From: Phoronis australis
Lineage: Eukaryota > Animalia > Phoronida
Direction of reading: 5' to 3'
DNA: 64,000 bases
Assembly (NCBI GenBank): GCA_002633005.1
Contig: NMRA01000200.1
Coordinates: 216,072-280,071 of the forward strand
The position numbers were made by a program, and so were the translations under genes. The notes beneath the pieces are model-generated. The model did not search any database and was not told the origin of the DNA. It saw only the letters and a list, made by a program, of their open reading frames with translations. Shown here in pieces: positions 12,701 through 25,830 of this stretch (position 1 is its first letter; every line of letters starts with the position of its first letter).

Positions 12701-15700
12701 ACAAAATATCAGACATATTGACAAAGGAGGAAGGATAATTAAGTTACATGCTTAATTAATACTGTACGAGGAGAGCGCGTCACCATGTGACCAATCTCAA
12801 TACTATACGAGGACAGCGTGTCACCACGTGACCAATCTCAATACTATACGAGGACAGCGTGTCACCACGTGACCAATCTCAATACTATACGAGGACAGCG
12901 TGTCACCACGTGACCAATCTCAATNTTGTGTGCAGGTTTTACTGCAGAACAAAGTGACTTCCAGTAGCAGCCATCTAGTACAGTGTTGACCCACAGTTCA
13001 CAGTCCTCCTCATCAGTGACACACTTCTGCAGCAGGCTCAAGTTGAAAGCAGCCACCATACCAGCTGAGAGAGAGCTTGAGTGAGAGGCAGAAGAGTTCT
13101 TCGATCTCACATTAAAGGCCAGAGCACCAGACATAACAGGCCCTTCAAACCACTGGAAGTGTATTAACATAGCATAACATCATCAAAACTTCACAAAGCA
13201 ATTCAGCATTGGGACTGAACTTAAAACACTTGTGAACCGAATTTCAACTGACACCAAAGAATTAATAAAAATCTATGATGAATAATTTATTCATTAATGC
13301 AACTTACAAAATATCAGACATGTTGACAAAGGAGGAAGGATAATTAAGTTACATGCTTAATTAATACTGTACGAGGAGAGCGCGTCACCATGTGACCAAT
13401 CTCAATACTATACGAGGACAGCGTGTCACCACGTGACCAATCTCAATACTATACGAGGACAGCGTGTCACCATGTGACCAATCTCAATACTATACGAGGA
13501 GAGCGTGTCACCACGTGACCAATCTCAATGCTATACGAGGAGAGCGCATCACCACGTGACCAATCTCAATATTATAGAAGGAGATAGCGTCATCACGTGA
13601 CCAATCTCAGACATGCACAAAAACTCATCTGACATTCAATGGATGTCGGTAAAAAAATAACAAGGGAACATTAGACAAAAATAAGTTTATGTTACACATA
13701 AAATAAGCATAATAATGACTAAATACAATAAAATATAAGAACAGCTGTCAATAGAGTACAGACTCTTATTACAACTATTAGTTACTATTTAATAGTACAT
13801 AAACTCTAGTTACCCTAATATTAATAGTACATAAACTCTAGTTACCCTAATATTAATAGTAAATAAACTCTAGTTACCCTAATATTTAATAGTACATAAA
13901 CTCTAGTTACCCTAATATTTAATAGTACATAAACTCTAGTTACCTTAACATGCGGGAGGAATGCCACTACATGAATTTTAACTGAATGTAAGGCGGAAGT
14001 GTAATGTTACCTGTTCCAGAGGGGTATCGTCAGGTTTCACCATCAGACTTCTCATGAACAGACATGTGGCCGGTCCAAAATTGAGGCCAGGACACGCCTC
14101 CTCAGCCAGGGTCTTTGTTATCACATCACCAAGTTTAATACATGTGGTTACTAGTGAGTTTAATCTACAATAATTACTTCATGGTGTCAAGTACTTGCGA
14201 CATCAGAAACATGAAACACAGACTCCACAGACGGGTTTAAAAATGCTCAAATTTATAGTATCTACGTTCTGTATCACATTATAAGGCAACCAGGTGTTTC
14301 TAAATATTGAGAACGCCAACATGAATTCATAAAGTTTCAGAAGTTGCCACACTCCCCACAGTACATGCTAAAAGCAATCAGACAAAATATCACTTTCCTA
14401 TCAAGTTGGCTAACTCTGTTGACAGAGAAAATGACTGCCAACAACTTGTTATTGGGGCAAAATCCTAATTGGAGAACAGCATTTCCCCATCATGAATTCA
14501 ACTGGCATCCAAATATCATGATAAAAAATTACAAGTCATTTGGTCCCATATATTTTGCTGTATCCAGTACAATAAGTACTTGTCTTCATCAACACAGCTC
14601 ATCCCCTTTAATACCTGCTCACGGTATCTAGATGATTCAGTAAGCAGTATCTAATGACGTCTGCGACATCAATCAAGAACCCTGCATCCAGTAGTGAGCC
14701 ACCACTCTGTCTCACAAAGGACTCCACTCCTAACATCCAAGTACTCTCTAGCTGTCTTCTTGTGTCATCTGGTGGACATAATACAGAGAGATGTCATAGT
14801 CACATTGGTAAATAATGTACATTATTTATTCATAGGTTTTCAGTTTTAAGAAAGTACAGGAAAGCTAATTGATTTCAAGTTATAAGATGTAATTTTTTAA
14901 GAAAAAAATGTCAAACCCTGGTTAGATAAGAAGAGTTCGTGTGAAAGTGTTTTTAGAGATTTGTTCCACTCCAAGCAACTTACCAACTAACGTTGCATTT
15001 CCTTCGAGGTCGAATTTCATAAGTTCCACTATCAAAGATTTGGCAGATGTTACAAACTCTAGTCTCTGGAAAAACGACATGGCAATATTTGTACTACATG
15101 ACCTAAACACAGCGCAGTCGTTGTGTAATTGTGTGAAACAATTACAAATAATAAATTCATCCACCACCAATTAACATCATAAGAGGAATAACAGTGACAA
15201 AAGTGTTACACAAAAATGTCAATTTACTGAACAGATTCAGTAGAAAAAATCTTTTTGTTCACGTATAGTTATCGTAGCACATGATCAGGCACAGCTAGCT
15301 CAAAAGTGCATTGTTTAAGAACTGTAATATACACATGCACACTGAAACTTAGGGACTTGCAAAACAGGGAAAAACCAGTCACATGGTACTGACGACCCTG
15401 CTGCCACCTAGCTGTTGTGGGAACAATCAAGTTTTCAGAGGATGGGAAAGGGGACACTGTTGAGTATCATCAGTCTCTTACACGCCATATGTAAAGTCTG
15501 AAGATTTTTGACACAACTGATGCTCAAATCAGAGGCTTTCAGCTACCAGCAGACATTCTAGTGCACTGAGCAATCAAGATCACCAATTGATACAGAAGTT
15601 GAATCAAGAATTTGTAAGTATGCGTTGTTAAAACAATTTTGTTGATATGGCAAGCATAAGACTGTTGTCACATCATGTAAATAACATGTAGTCAAGTTTT

Positions 15701-18700
15701 AGCGCATTCATAAAAAGACTTTTGACTTACTGAAAAGAACTATTTACGGCAGATAGCTTTAAAAGTTGCACAAAAGGATATTAACTCCATCTTCCACAGT
15801 GAGTGTGCAATTTAAACGGATAACAATCCCACGTGATCCATATCTACAGCTTTGCGAGGGTCACCTATCATTTGGGTTGAAGCTCACCTGAACAGTAGAG
15901 ATGATAATCTGTGTTATTCTACACACAGACATGACGCAATGATCAACAGAGCTGGAGGATGACTGGGGAAGGGTGTGTTGTACTTGGGAGATGATAGCAG
16001 TCAGGTGCTTACTGTTGATAATAGTATCTACAATAGACCCCACAGTTGCTTATACGAGGTTAACTGATATCTGCTACCATGGATTACACTAACAATGGAA
16101 TTAATTAAATGTAGTGATGATATAACGATTTCAAGAAGTTCGTAACATGATCAATATTCACCACTAAGTATTGCAAAAGCCTGAGAAAGTTGCCAAAAAT
16201 TCAATAGATTTCAAATTTTATTACTAACACAGTTTTAATTTTATTACTTTAGTCAGATCTTCAATTCGTACAGCTGGTGTTCTGTTTTACAGCTGTTCTG
16301 ATTTGGGAACTTGGCCTTTCAGCTTATTCAATTTTAGCATCAATTTGGTATACTCTTGTAGCAGTTGAATTCACCTTCAGCAGGTTTTACTAAATGCTCT
16401 ATCACATGGTCTTGCCACATAATCTTTAAGTAATTACAAACCCAGAAATCGCTTTCGCATTACCACATAATCTATAACTCATAAACAAGATACGTTTTAA
16501 GCGTCTCTATCAATGTCATGATAAAAGATCCCAAATCCAGACATTCATGCCTCAGCTGTACTCACCTCCTTTCTCATTGGTTGTCAAAGCAACTTTCAAC
16601 AGATCCCAATCTTCATCAGAACCCTGTGAGTGTTTCCCTGAGTGCAGCGATTGACAGAAGGTCGTAACAAATTCAGTTAGTCTCACACCAAACTCATCAC
16701 TTTTCACTGATTCTTTGATACCTGCATCAGTAGATGTCAGCACTAGCTCCGCATACATTTGGAATAGCCTAGTATTGTTTACATTCTGAAAAACAGTCAA
16801 AATAACAAATTATTACTCACAACACGAAAACAGCCATTGCACAAAATACTGTCACAATGAAGCCAAAAATGGAATGTATAAAACAATGATTTCCTTAGGA
16901 TAGGAAACTCTAAATGACACTTGAATGTACTTGTACCACATCAATTCTAATCCTTTAATCATTACTTTTGCTGTAAAATGCTTTCTGCATTATCTATAAA
17001 CTTTAGCCCCAGACCACCCTGTAAGAAACATGTCATACCTTACAAATCATGGTAAGCAGTTCAAGCTTGCTCTCCTCAGATTCTCCAGCAATAACCTTGT
17101 GCATCAGTCTTAGTAAACATTGGGCAAACTCCTTGAAGATTTCAATAGACTCCTGTAGACTTATAAGCCATGGCACAAACACCTTAAGACACAACTGTAG
17201 ACTAGGTGGACAACTGTCAGCAACATTCTCCCCCGCTGCTCCCAACAGAGCAGCGTATAAGTGGTCACTCGGTAAGCTTTCTAGTAAACTTGACAGAAGC
17301 CTCAGGTGACTGACAGATGACTCTTTCCTGGCATTCTGGAAACTTGCCAAGCAGGTGTCTAATGCTAACTTTCGGTATTGGTCATTAGATTCTATTTTCC
17401 AGTCGTCAGTAGGTTTCTGCGTTTCAACATGTATGATCGTAGGAGGTGAGTCATTATCCCGTGACTGATCAAGAAAACGAAGGCGTGAAGCTTTTCCAGA
17501 TTTGGCTTTGGGTCCTTTGTGTGACAAACCAGTTTTCAAGCAGAGCATAAACAATGACATTCGATCTAAACTTGATCCCTTGTTACAGTAAAGTGCCTCA
17601 TCAAAAAGTATACAAAGTTCTTTCCAAAACGTGTCAGTGACCAATTGCGCTTTACAACAGCCACTGCTCTCTTCAGACTGCTTGATGAAGAAATCGATAA
17701 ATAAAGCACAGCGCTGATACAGGGTTGAATGTGCAAGGGTAGGCTTCTGGCTTGTGAATGACAAGCTGAGTGTTGAAACCAAGTGGTCTTTAAGAAGAGT
17801 TTGAAGTGTTCTAACATCGTCCACAGGACAGTCATGGCAGATGTAGTACTGAAGGCACTCCAGGTATGATGTCACTACTGCTGAACAATCACTCTGACTC
17901 ATTAGCACTCTATCTTTTAGTAACCTGGGTGAGCAAAACATAATCAGTTAATTTACATTTCAGAAAATCGCATCAGAAAATGATGTAACTCAGTTTTCAG
18001 TAACTGTAAAAGGGAAAATTTAACACAAAAGTAAAAAAGCAACTTATATTTGAATGTCCCCCCATACACAGTAGTGTTAACAGTATAATTCGCTATATCG
18101 ATCAATCATTAAATTTTCTTTTGAAAAATCATAGCAGAAAAGAATTCACTATTGCAACATGTGTTGTTCCTTACCCTGTTTTCAAATGATTGAACAGCAA
18201 GTTATAAAATTCTGCAGTTTTCACTTCAGTAGGCAGCTTGCTGAGAAATGGCAAAAGATGTGGGAAAATGCATGCAGCACTCCCCTCACCACCAGATGTC
18301 AGTACCGTCCATAGTTTGGGAATGACAGCTTTTCTGAGGTTGACATGCTGCCAACAATTCTGTAAACAGTTACAAAGTAAACAAGAACAGATCATGACAT
18401 TACAGTAAAAACTAAAATCTTGTTTCACGGACTGAACTAAGCAGTCCAGAAACAATGTGTGAGAAACTAGTCTCTGCACTAATTCTTTCTCATTTGTACA
18501 AGATTTTCTGAATGAAAAGAATAAATACCAGATGTACGCCATAAATAAAACATCATACCATAAGCCAAACTACTGAATAAAACATATGACAGTCTGACTC
18601 TATATCACTCACTGACCTGTTAATACTTTTTGTTTCACTGGGCAAATGCTTTAGAACAGGGTGCGTAAAGCCATTACCTCAACTGTAATGATGACAAGAA

Positions 18701-21700
18701 AGACTGCCTGCCAGAGACTGGCACACACTGCTGGCTTGGTCATATCCAAGTTGTGTAGAACAGCTGGACATATCTTACTATCCCACTTGTTAGCAAGCCT
18801 AGGTTCATCCTCACATACAGTGGCTATTAAGGAGAAGAATGCACCAGCGATCTACACAACAAAACAAAAAACATTCATTTATAGCATCATCAATCATCAC
18901 ATTAAAAAAGGTAACCCTATTCATGAGCTGAACACACACTGTTGAGACAGTCAAGTTAAGTATACCACATGGTAACTCTGCACAACTTAATTTTAAATTA
19001 GAACAAAAACTTTAGAATTAACTAGAAGTTGTCTGATTGACAGGCCATAATTTTGAGGAAGCTTACTGAAACATAAAATATAGACAAAATCTGTTAGTTC
19101 AGCCTAAAAAAACCCAGATTACTTCATGAAAAGATCCAATAGCTGTTTAAATGTGTTTTTCTTCTTTGTTGTTATAGTCAGTTGAATATTCATGCTCTCC
19201 AAGTTGAAAACAAGAACAGTGCAAAACATTGAAATGAGCCCACAACTGCACAGCAAACAGTATGTTTCTAGGAGTGTACTACATAAGAATCAATAAATTG
19301 GCCAATAGGTGAGCTCGTCCAAAAATGGGAAGATGCCATCTCCCTCATAAACACTTATTCGCCAAATTTCATGCCTATACATCCAGGAACTCCGAAGATA
19401 CAAAGGCAAAACAGGATTACACCTGTCAAATTGACAGATAGAGAAGAGGATGCCAAAAATCAGACTCTTAACTAATAAAAATGGCCACTAGGTGGGGCAA
19501 AATACAATGACACTTAAGATGAAACTAAAACAAATAAAACTCCCACTAAGGGGCACAGCCGTAATCAGATCCACCTGAAAGTCACTATCATTTACATATT
19601 TATTTACTTATTTGTTTATTTATTAATTCATTTACTTATTTAATATTGTAATAGTTACTATGACAGTAGCCCATCAGTTCTCACTGCTTTCCATGGGATC
19701 CTCATTCGTTATCACATTTGCAAACAGGGACCCAAGATTAAGTGGCAAAAACGTAAAACACTAAAATTGTCACTAAGGAGCATAACGGTAGTCGAATCTG
19801 TCCAAAAATCATAGTAGTCGCCAGGTGCCACCTCCACACATCTGCCACCTACAATGAAAATCCTCCCTGGGGCTTTGGAGATACACCAGCAGACAACGAA
19901 TGCCTAGACAGCGACGATGGCAATATGCAACCACCTAATAATGTAGATACATAACAACATACTTACTGTATAATTAAAATATTGGAAAAATAAATATCCA
20001 ACAGTATAACATCTGAATGTCATGGACACAGGTTTAATTGCATCTTACCATACTGTTAGGCAGCTTGAGTAACTTCCAGAATTTTCCATTACTTAGAACT
20101 TTCTCATATAGGTGTTCCACTAGTGACCGTTTGTCTGGTGGTACCAGGTGGATGAACATCTTGAGAGCCAAAAGGCTGGACATGATCACTCGATGATACT
20201 TGGACTCCATATCCTCGGCTGAAGTGATTCTATAAGATAAGATTCAACAAGAGTTAGAGAGCTACCACAGGGAAATAACGGCTATACTGAGATAAAATGT
20301 GAAATTCAAAATGAAGACAGAATAGAGGTTTGCAAATAATTAAATATGGTGTAATAACCTCATGCATAACAAGATTCCTGAAAGTAAAACAAAGACTACT
20401 GGAAAGATATATGAAGAACTTACTTGGAATCACTAAGAGTTTGCATCGTCTGATTGAGTAAGTTATCAGAGAGGTACTGAAAGGATAATATCAAATTATA
20501 ACAAGCATACAACTCTGATATATTGTTATGGAATTTCCATGGTCTTCCAGTGCTCAACACAACTCTCAGTTATCATATGAAGTCCTTGCCGAGAGTAAAA
20601 CATACAAAACATCAGGCAACACTAGTGAACAGAGACAACATGGTGGTTGTGGCTTGTGCGTATGATCAGATGTGCATTGAGAATATACTGAGTTGGCAGT
20701 CTATGCAGTATAGTTCATTCCCTTCTTCTGCTATAGCATGCTCTTAATTGAACAAGTTTTACTACTAACTGCTCCTCTCCATAATCCTATGCCCCATCTC
20801 TTCTGAACTCAAGTAGCTCATCAAGTAAGTAACTTACAACAGTGGTCCTAAACTAAACATTTTCAGGAAGTTGTATTCAAAATGCTTGGGGCAATAAACT
20901 TCAGAGTCACTCTTATCTTAATGTTTTGGTTCAACAGATTAGAGTCATTCGATAGAGTGGAGGTTTTCTGATCAACAATGGGCATGAACTTTCACACTTC
21001 TGGCATGAGCCAACCTAGATACATCTAGACTTACAGCTAACACTTCCTCTCTACAGAACATGACAGCATCAGCCTGTTTAGCTGGTGAGAAGGCAGCATT
21101 AAAAGCTGCAACAGCAGATGAGGCAGCTGGTGCGTAGGTGTCATTTTGCGCCACTAACCATCCACCCATTAACAACTTGAGGTGTGGTGCTATACCGCGC
21201 TCTACCTTCAGTACCAACTGCTCAAACGCTTTCTGAGTCAGTTCACGGACTCTTTTGTCATGATCCTGTAACAAAATAATTTAATGAATCTATACTGAAA
21301 AAACAAAACTGTTGGATCAAGGATTAATTATACAGTTAGTAAATTCTAATTTATCAGTTCTTTTTTTAGTTGAATTGAAGTTTTAGCAGGATTACACGTT
21401 ATTGAATAAGGTGTTCTGGTCCATTACAGTACACAATGAAACAACGGCATTGTATATGCATGTAATACAAGTATCAATTACCTTCAGTAAACTCATCAAG
21501 ACCACTTACCAGTATCAATTTGTTATACAGTCTTGGCCAGTATTGTAGAGTGGTCTTCACACAATCAACTGATTTTTGTTTACACAAGGATTCAAACTCT
21601 TGCAAAGCCTAAAAAATCATAATTAAATAAGTAACTGTTATATTACAATAAACAATTGACAAAATACAAAACCCGACACTTTTTAGACTCTAAATAAACA

Positions 21701-24700
21701 ACATGCTTCCACTAATCAATGCTATATTACATTTTAAATAATGGTAATTCTCCACTCATTTCGCACAAAAATAATTGCCAATTTTTTTTTTCCATTTTTC
21801 AAAGGCTGATTGATTAGTTTACTGCAAATAAAGGAAAATTTGCCAAAAGTTTTTTATGATATCTACACAGTACAAACCATGCTAGAAATGGACTAAATTT
21901 TGTTAATCTTTATTTTTGTAGAGAAATTTGACAAAAGAGAATTCCAGTTATGGGGCATGTTCCATGCTCAATAATGGAAGAATTACCGCACAGTCTCCAA
22001 ATTTATGAAATTAATTAAACTTGTACTTAATCACACCTTAATTTTTGTGATTACATCCTTCTTTGAGAACTTCCTCATCACCATTCGAAAGTCACTGTCT
22101 GTATCAGTATCAATGTCTTCACTGGTTGGCACGGGCACATACCCCAAGTCACCAGACAACCCAGTGAAGCCAAGGAAGCCAGGCACTGTGCCACCAGAGG
22201 ATGCTAGTAGTTCTGCAGCACGACCACTGCTTGATGGCTGCAAAATAATAATAAAAATAACCAAATTTCATCTTACTTTCACACATGTTGCACTGTTACT
22301 TGAAGTGCTTAAAATCATCAATTTCATAGTAAAAACAGCTGTCAAATTAGAGCAGCAACAAACACTACCTCTCAAATAGAGTGATGAGGGTAAAGATTGG
22401 TACTGCATTTTCAAACTGATATGAGGTTGGTAAGAGGGTTCCGCATGGCTCTGTCTTGGGACCCCTGCTATTCAACATATTAATCAATGATATCTTCTCT
22501 GCAATTGTAACCTATACAATTATGCAGATGACAATACAATTGTGTGTGTAAACCACAATCTGGACAATGTAAGAACAGATTTAAATAATGTAACTGTTGA
22601 CGCATTGAATTGGTTTGAATTAAATCATATGTCTGCCCACATGGATAAGTTCCAGGGGATGTTATTTGGCTGTCAAGATCTCTGTGACTCTGATATGTTT
22701 CTTTATGTCAGTGATGACGTCATTACATAAGTTACTTCCATTAAACTACTTGGTATCACCATTCATTGTAAACTAACTTTCCATCAGCATGTTAATGACA
22801 TATGTGCTAAGGCAGCCAAGCATGTTCAATATTGTATCCACTCTGTAGTCTTCTTGACCAGGCAACGAAGGCAAAAGTTTATCATGCTTTTGTTAGATCG
22901 TATTTCAATTAATGTCCTCTTGTATAGCATTTAAGCAGTGTTTTACGAGGCAAAAAATTGGGATTCAGTTTCGTGCCCTCAAGCTTGTGTTTAATGCTAT
23001 CAAGGTCAAACTCTGTTCCATTGGTGGCTCATCGAATGATGTCTATAGATTTAGAAGTTTTTAAACACGTCCACCATGTAGGCCCAGGTCCTCTAGATTG
23101 CTTATAATTGTGTCAATCATCCTATAACTTTCAGGGATAAAATGTCTTATCTGTCTCAAGATTTTGTTCATCTACTTACGGCCTAAACCTCAAACATAAT
23201 AAAGATGTCTCTCTGTGTAACAAATTACCTGAGATGTTGAAATGACCTGACACAATTTAAATTTTATGAAAGGAGACTGTGAGTGTCAGAACTGTATTCG
23301 ATGTTGAGTCATGCCTTTTGTTTCATGTTGACAACCATTAGGGTTTTGACTATTCTTCTTTACATAGTTACTTATGTTCTTTCTATCTCCTATACTTTTG
23401 GAATTATGACAAAAAGAGGAAAAATTTCCACATGATGTAACGTTCCACAAATAAACAGGTTTGTATGATAGTAATATTTGTTGTATTGAAAAATTTAAGT
23501 GAAATAAACATTTTTGCATAGATAGTCAAAATAAAAGTAAAAGAGATGGAAAAAATAGGAAACTGGAAATCAAATAAAAGGAAATCCTCTTAAAAGAAGA
23601 AAATTCCAAGTCCCGCTCTCTGTACACATGTATTTTTTATCGGTAACTAGCACCTGTGTTAATGTTTTCTTTTGTTGTATCTACCCACGCCAATTTAAAG
23701 TAAAAGTTTTACTGACCTTCTTACAGTCAATATGTTAATCGGCTGATCTAGAGTTATGAGCATTTATTAGTCAATACATACTCCTTAGAATCGTAAAACC
23801 CATCACAGAAGCATTCATCCTCCACTGTGTTTAGTGTGAAAAGTTGTCAGATACTCCTGCTAGTTTCCTGTGCTTTAACCTAACTGGTTAATCCCAGATT
23901 AATCATCAGTATTGTACTTGTGTATTCGGTCTGACTTAATATGGTGAACTATCAAACTGAAAGAGATGTGGGGTTGGCTTGGGCGAGGACCGAGGGGAGA
24001 TTCTGTGGTGAAAAGATCCACAGTGCTATCAAATACTGAGTCGTGACAACCACAACAAAAGCAATGACTCGCCATTATTGTGTGACAGAGACTTTATGAG
24101 GTGTTAGGCAGCGTTGTGTGTTTTCTCTGTTTCAACGAAAACCCGTATTTGTGAACGTTGATGTTATACATAAAATAATCTTTCTATTGAAATAAAATTT
24201 ATATTGAACACGTCAAAGTGATAATCATAACTTACAAAACAGATCCATCCATTTCCGCAAGAGTAACTTAACTACCTCAGAAAAATACTTTTGTAAAGTG
24301 TTAATTTGTTAGTTTTATAATTGTTGTCTTACTGGCTAGCGTAGTATGCCTACAACCGGTAAGACTTAGAAAAAGAATGTAGAATTTTGAGAGAAAACCA
24401 AAACACGTCTTATCTTGAAAAGAAATTCGGCTGAAACTCCTCAAACGCTGAAAACCAAACGCCGCATCAAATGCGATACACTAAAAATTAACCAATGAGA
24501 ATACGCCACAAAGAAATGTTTATAAACGTCATACACCACTGTTGACATCAAGCTTAAGTAACAGCTGAAAACCTAAACAAAGTTCGAGGACTCCTGTTAC
24601 AAAAATACAATTGTAACACGTCACAATTTCCAGAATTCCAGATACACAACCATAAACCTATGAAATACTCACTCGTAAATTCCCTTTAGTTCTCTGGGCT

Positions 24701-24717
24701 TGTTTCTTACTTGACAT
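710..24717 (-). CDS. LTN1: E3 ubiquitin ligase listerin (RQC ligase); spliced gene, final coding exon lies left of the window
   Basis: N-terminus [15 protein letters not shown]|[11 protein letters not shown]...KKDVITKIK|ALQEF...YWPRLYNKL|DHDKRVRE resembles the conserved listerin NTD. The C-terminus has an RWD-like exon ([13 protein letters not shown]...WRKWMLQL) and RING start CMICFSVIH...[17 protein letters not shown] exons in consistent phase: 24717-24673, 22237-22037, 21608-21510, 21265-21035, 20476-20424, 20229-20049, 18851-18678, 18359-18175, 17924-17039, 16785-16566, 16048-15888, 15065-14984, 14768-14615, 14164-14011, 12547-~12317 (donor uncertain), 11921-11800, 10781-10677, 10277-10135, 9607-9481, 9179-9035, 8737-8533, 6898-6670, 6168-5916, 5075-4937, 4441-4312, 2474-2387, 1620-1426, 877-710. 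The terminal YKWF...CPLCR exon was not found in 1-709. Confidence 0.96.
2918..4064 (+). mobile_element. A different HINE-like element with ~360-400-bp internal repeats
   Basis: 5' hairpin TACTCTGCG...CGCAGAGTA (2921-2946), (TTC/TTATTC)n tract at ~2975-3000, repeated GCACCGGA...AAAGGTCAT blocks at 3116, 3477 and 3881, and a 3' end ATTATTG...CAATAAT hairpin + CTAGTT. Confidence 0.6.
5722..5766 (+). ncRNA. Degenerate minimal hammerhead ribozyme-like motif
   Basis: CAGATGA-T-GGTGTTT-CAAT-AAACGCC-GGAA-CATGTC: 7-bp stem II (one G-U pair), palindromic CATG loop and GTC cleavage triplet. Both core boxes carry one substitution. Confidence 0.4.
6439..6661. repeat. 21-bp minisatellite (~10 copies)
   Basis: Unit GACACTTCTAACACACCCGTG; it accounts for the periodic ORFs 6309-6657. 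Confidence 0.95.
7354..7624. mobile_element. hAT-like MITE (~270 bp)
   Basis: TIRs CATGCGCGCACCCAG / CTGGGTGCGCCCATG with sub-terminal G/C runs; no intact TSD. Confidence 0.6.
7863..8250 (-). mobile_element. 3' end of a LOA/I/R1-type non-LTR retrotransposon
   Basis: [12 protein letters not shown]...[19 protein letters not shown] is the C-terminal CCHC knuckle of ORF2, followed by a structured 3' UTR (GTGCAGTGGGCC...GGCCTGCGCAC). Confidence 0.72.
12321..13530. other. 605-bp direct duplication across a single N (12925); likely assembly/haplotype artefact
   Basis: 12321-12924 is nearly identical to 12926-~13530 apart from a few SNPs, and the junction is exactly the N next to a minisatellite. 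Confidence 0.8.
12758..13608. repeat. 41-bp minisatellite present as two blocks (12758-12924 and ~13363-13608)
   Basis: Unit AATACTATACGAGGACAGCGTGTCACCACGTGACCAATCTC. Confidence 0.92.
13790..13947. repeat. ~32-33-bp minisatellite (~5 copies)
   Basis: Unit TAATAGTACATAAACTCTAGTTACCCTAATAT(T). Confidence 0.92.
19285..19960 (-). mobile_element. Degenerate member of the same HINE-like family, interrupted by a (TTTA)n-associated retroposon tail at ~19597-19705
   Basis: Degenerate core motifs GGCCAATAGGTG, GGCCACTAGGTGGGGC, CCCACTAAGGGGCAC and GTAGTCGAATCTGTCCAAAA match the core repeats of the QRSL1 intron copies. Confidence 0.55.
22425..23290 (+). mobile_element. Decayed CR1/L2-group LINE reverse-transcriptase remnant in LTN1 intron 1
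   Basis: [16 protein letters not shown] at ~22438-22490, NYADDNT at ~22518, WFELNHM and KLLGITI; many stops. The 3' boundary is approximate. Confidence 0.8.
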
Positions 24718-25830
24718 GTTCAGTAACAGTAGTAGGACAACATATATATCTGAGTACTTCCCTGAAAGTCTTTTACTTCGCGAACTTTTTTAGCACATAT
24801 GTGTCACTGCTTAACATTTTATGGGCGCCGCCATTGTTTTTGATTTACGGCTGACGTCAAATTTTCATTTGCAGAAAATTCACACCAATTTTCTTCCATA
24901 TAAAGCACCTAATGATAAATAACAGACTAAAAGCTAAAATAAGATTCATTACGTAGAAATTGTGGGCACTAGTCGGATATAATGGACCCTAACTTATTCC
25001 AAATAAATCCACTAAATGTAGGTCTAAATGAATGATTTTGGTATCGTTGCAATCCTCAGACATCTGGCTATCTGTACAAGTTCTTTTCACGGCCCTCAAC
25101 TATTCTAGTCTATAACTACGTCATTCCAAACTTGGTCCACTTTAGCCACGCGCATCATGAAATCGGCAGCCATTTCAGGGAACCTACTATATCTAGCGCC
25201 ATCTATCGGCGATTTGCTACAACACAAGCTGTTCCTTTTTCATCAGTCAACATGGACGAGATAACATGACGATAACAGATACGATCGTGAGAGATGACGA
25301 AGGTGATGACGAGAGCAGACGTACGATGATTAATAACGGTGACATTAATAATTGACGAAATCGACCAATGACGTTGACTGATAAAAAAGGAACAGCGCGT
25401 GGTGTAGCAGATCGCCGATAGATGGCGCTAGATATAGTAAGTTCCCTGAAATGGCTGCCGATTTTACAATGCGCGTGGCTAAAGTGGACCGAGTTCAGAA
25501 TAGCGTAGTTATAGAACGGAGCAATTGAGGGTTGTAAGGTGGATATGTACGGATAGCCAGATGTCTGAGGAATGCAACGATATCAAAATCATTCATTTAG
25601 ACCTACATTTAGTGGATTTATTTGGAATAAGTTAGGGTCCATTATATCCGACTAGTGCCAAATTGTGTAAAATTATGATCTTGTTTTACCATAGACTTTA
25701 TATTATTGTAGACAACTATGTCGTAAAATTTCCACCAGAAAGATTAAGCTACTTCCGCATTCGACTGAGAGTTGAGTGAGAGTTGCAGAGTTGATTGCTT
25801 GTTTGCAAACGAAACATTTGTTGGATATGT
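24718..25830. promoter_or_regulatory. Probable bidirectional promoter between LTN1 and LZIC, including a likely LZIC non-coding first exon (~25750-25828)
   Basis: Divergent genes. YY1-like GCCGCCATT near 24827-24835, perfect CRE TGACGTCA at 24852-24859, ETS-like CTTCC near 24758 and 25752, and a candidate donor GTAAGA at 25829. TSS positions cannot be determined from sequence. Confidence 0.55.
24965..25659. mobile_element. Fold-back/MITE-type non-autonomous DNA transposon with ~285-bp inverted arms and an 8-bp TSD
   Basis: The left end GGCACTAGTCGGATATAATGGACCCTAACTTATTCC... is the reverse complement of the right end ...GGAATAAGTTAGGGTCCATTATATCCGACTAGTGCC. Arms run ~24965-25251 and ~25373-25659. 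AAATTGTG is duplicated at 24957-24964 and 25660-25667. Confidence 0.93.

Noticed and set aside
12321-13530. Apparent duplicated LTN1 exon ([11 protein letters not shown][G/A]FN...)
   Set aside because: The near-identical 605-bp copies join exactly at an N beside a minisatellite, and the right-hand copy is cut before its donor. This is best explained as two alleles or contig ends joined by the assembler.
15731-15845. Possible extra LTN1 exon ending at a strong GTAAGT donor
   Set aside because: All frames hit stops, and exon 15065-14984 already joins the flanking exons in the correct phase.
24812-24835. Upstream ATG GCG GCG CCC on the LTN1 strand
   Set aside because: It opens only MAAPIKC*; better read as a YY1-type promoter motif or tiny uORF than as an alternative LTN1 start.
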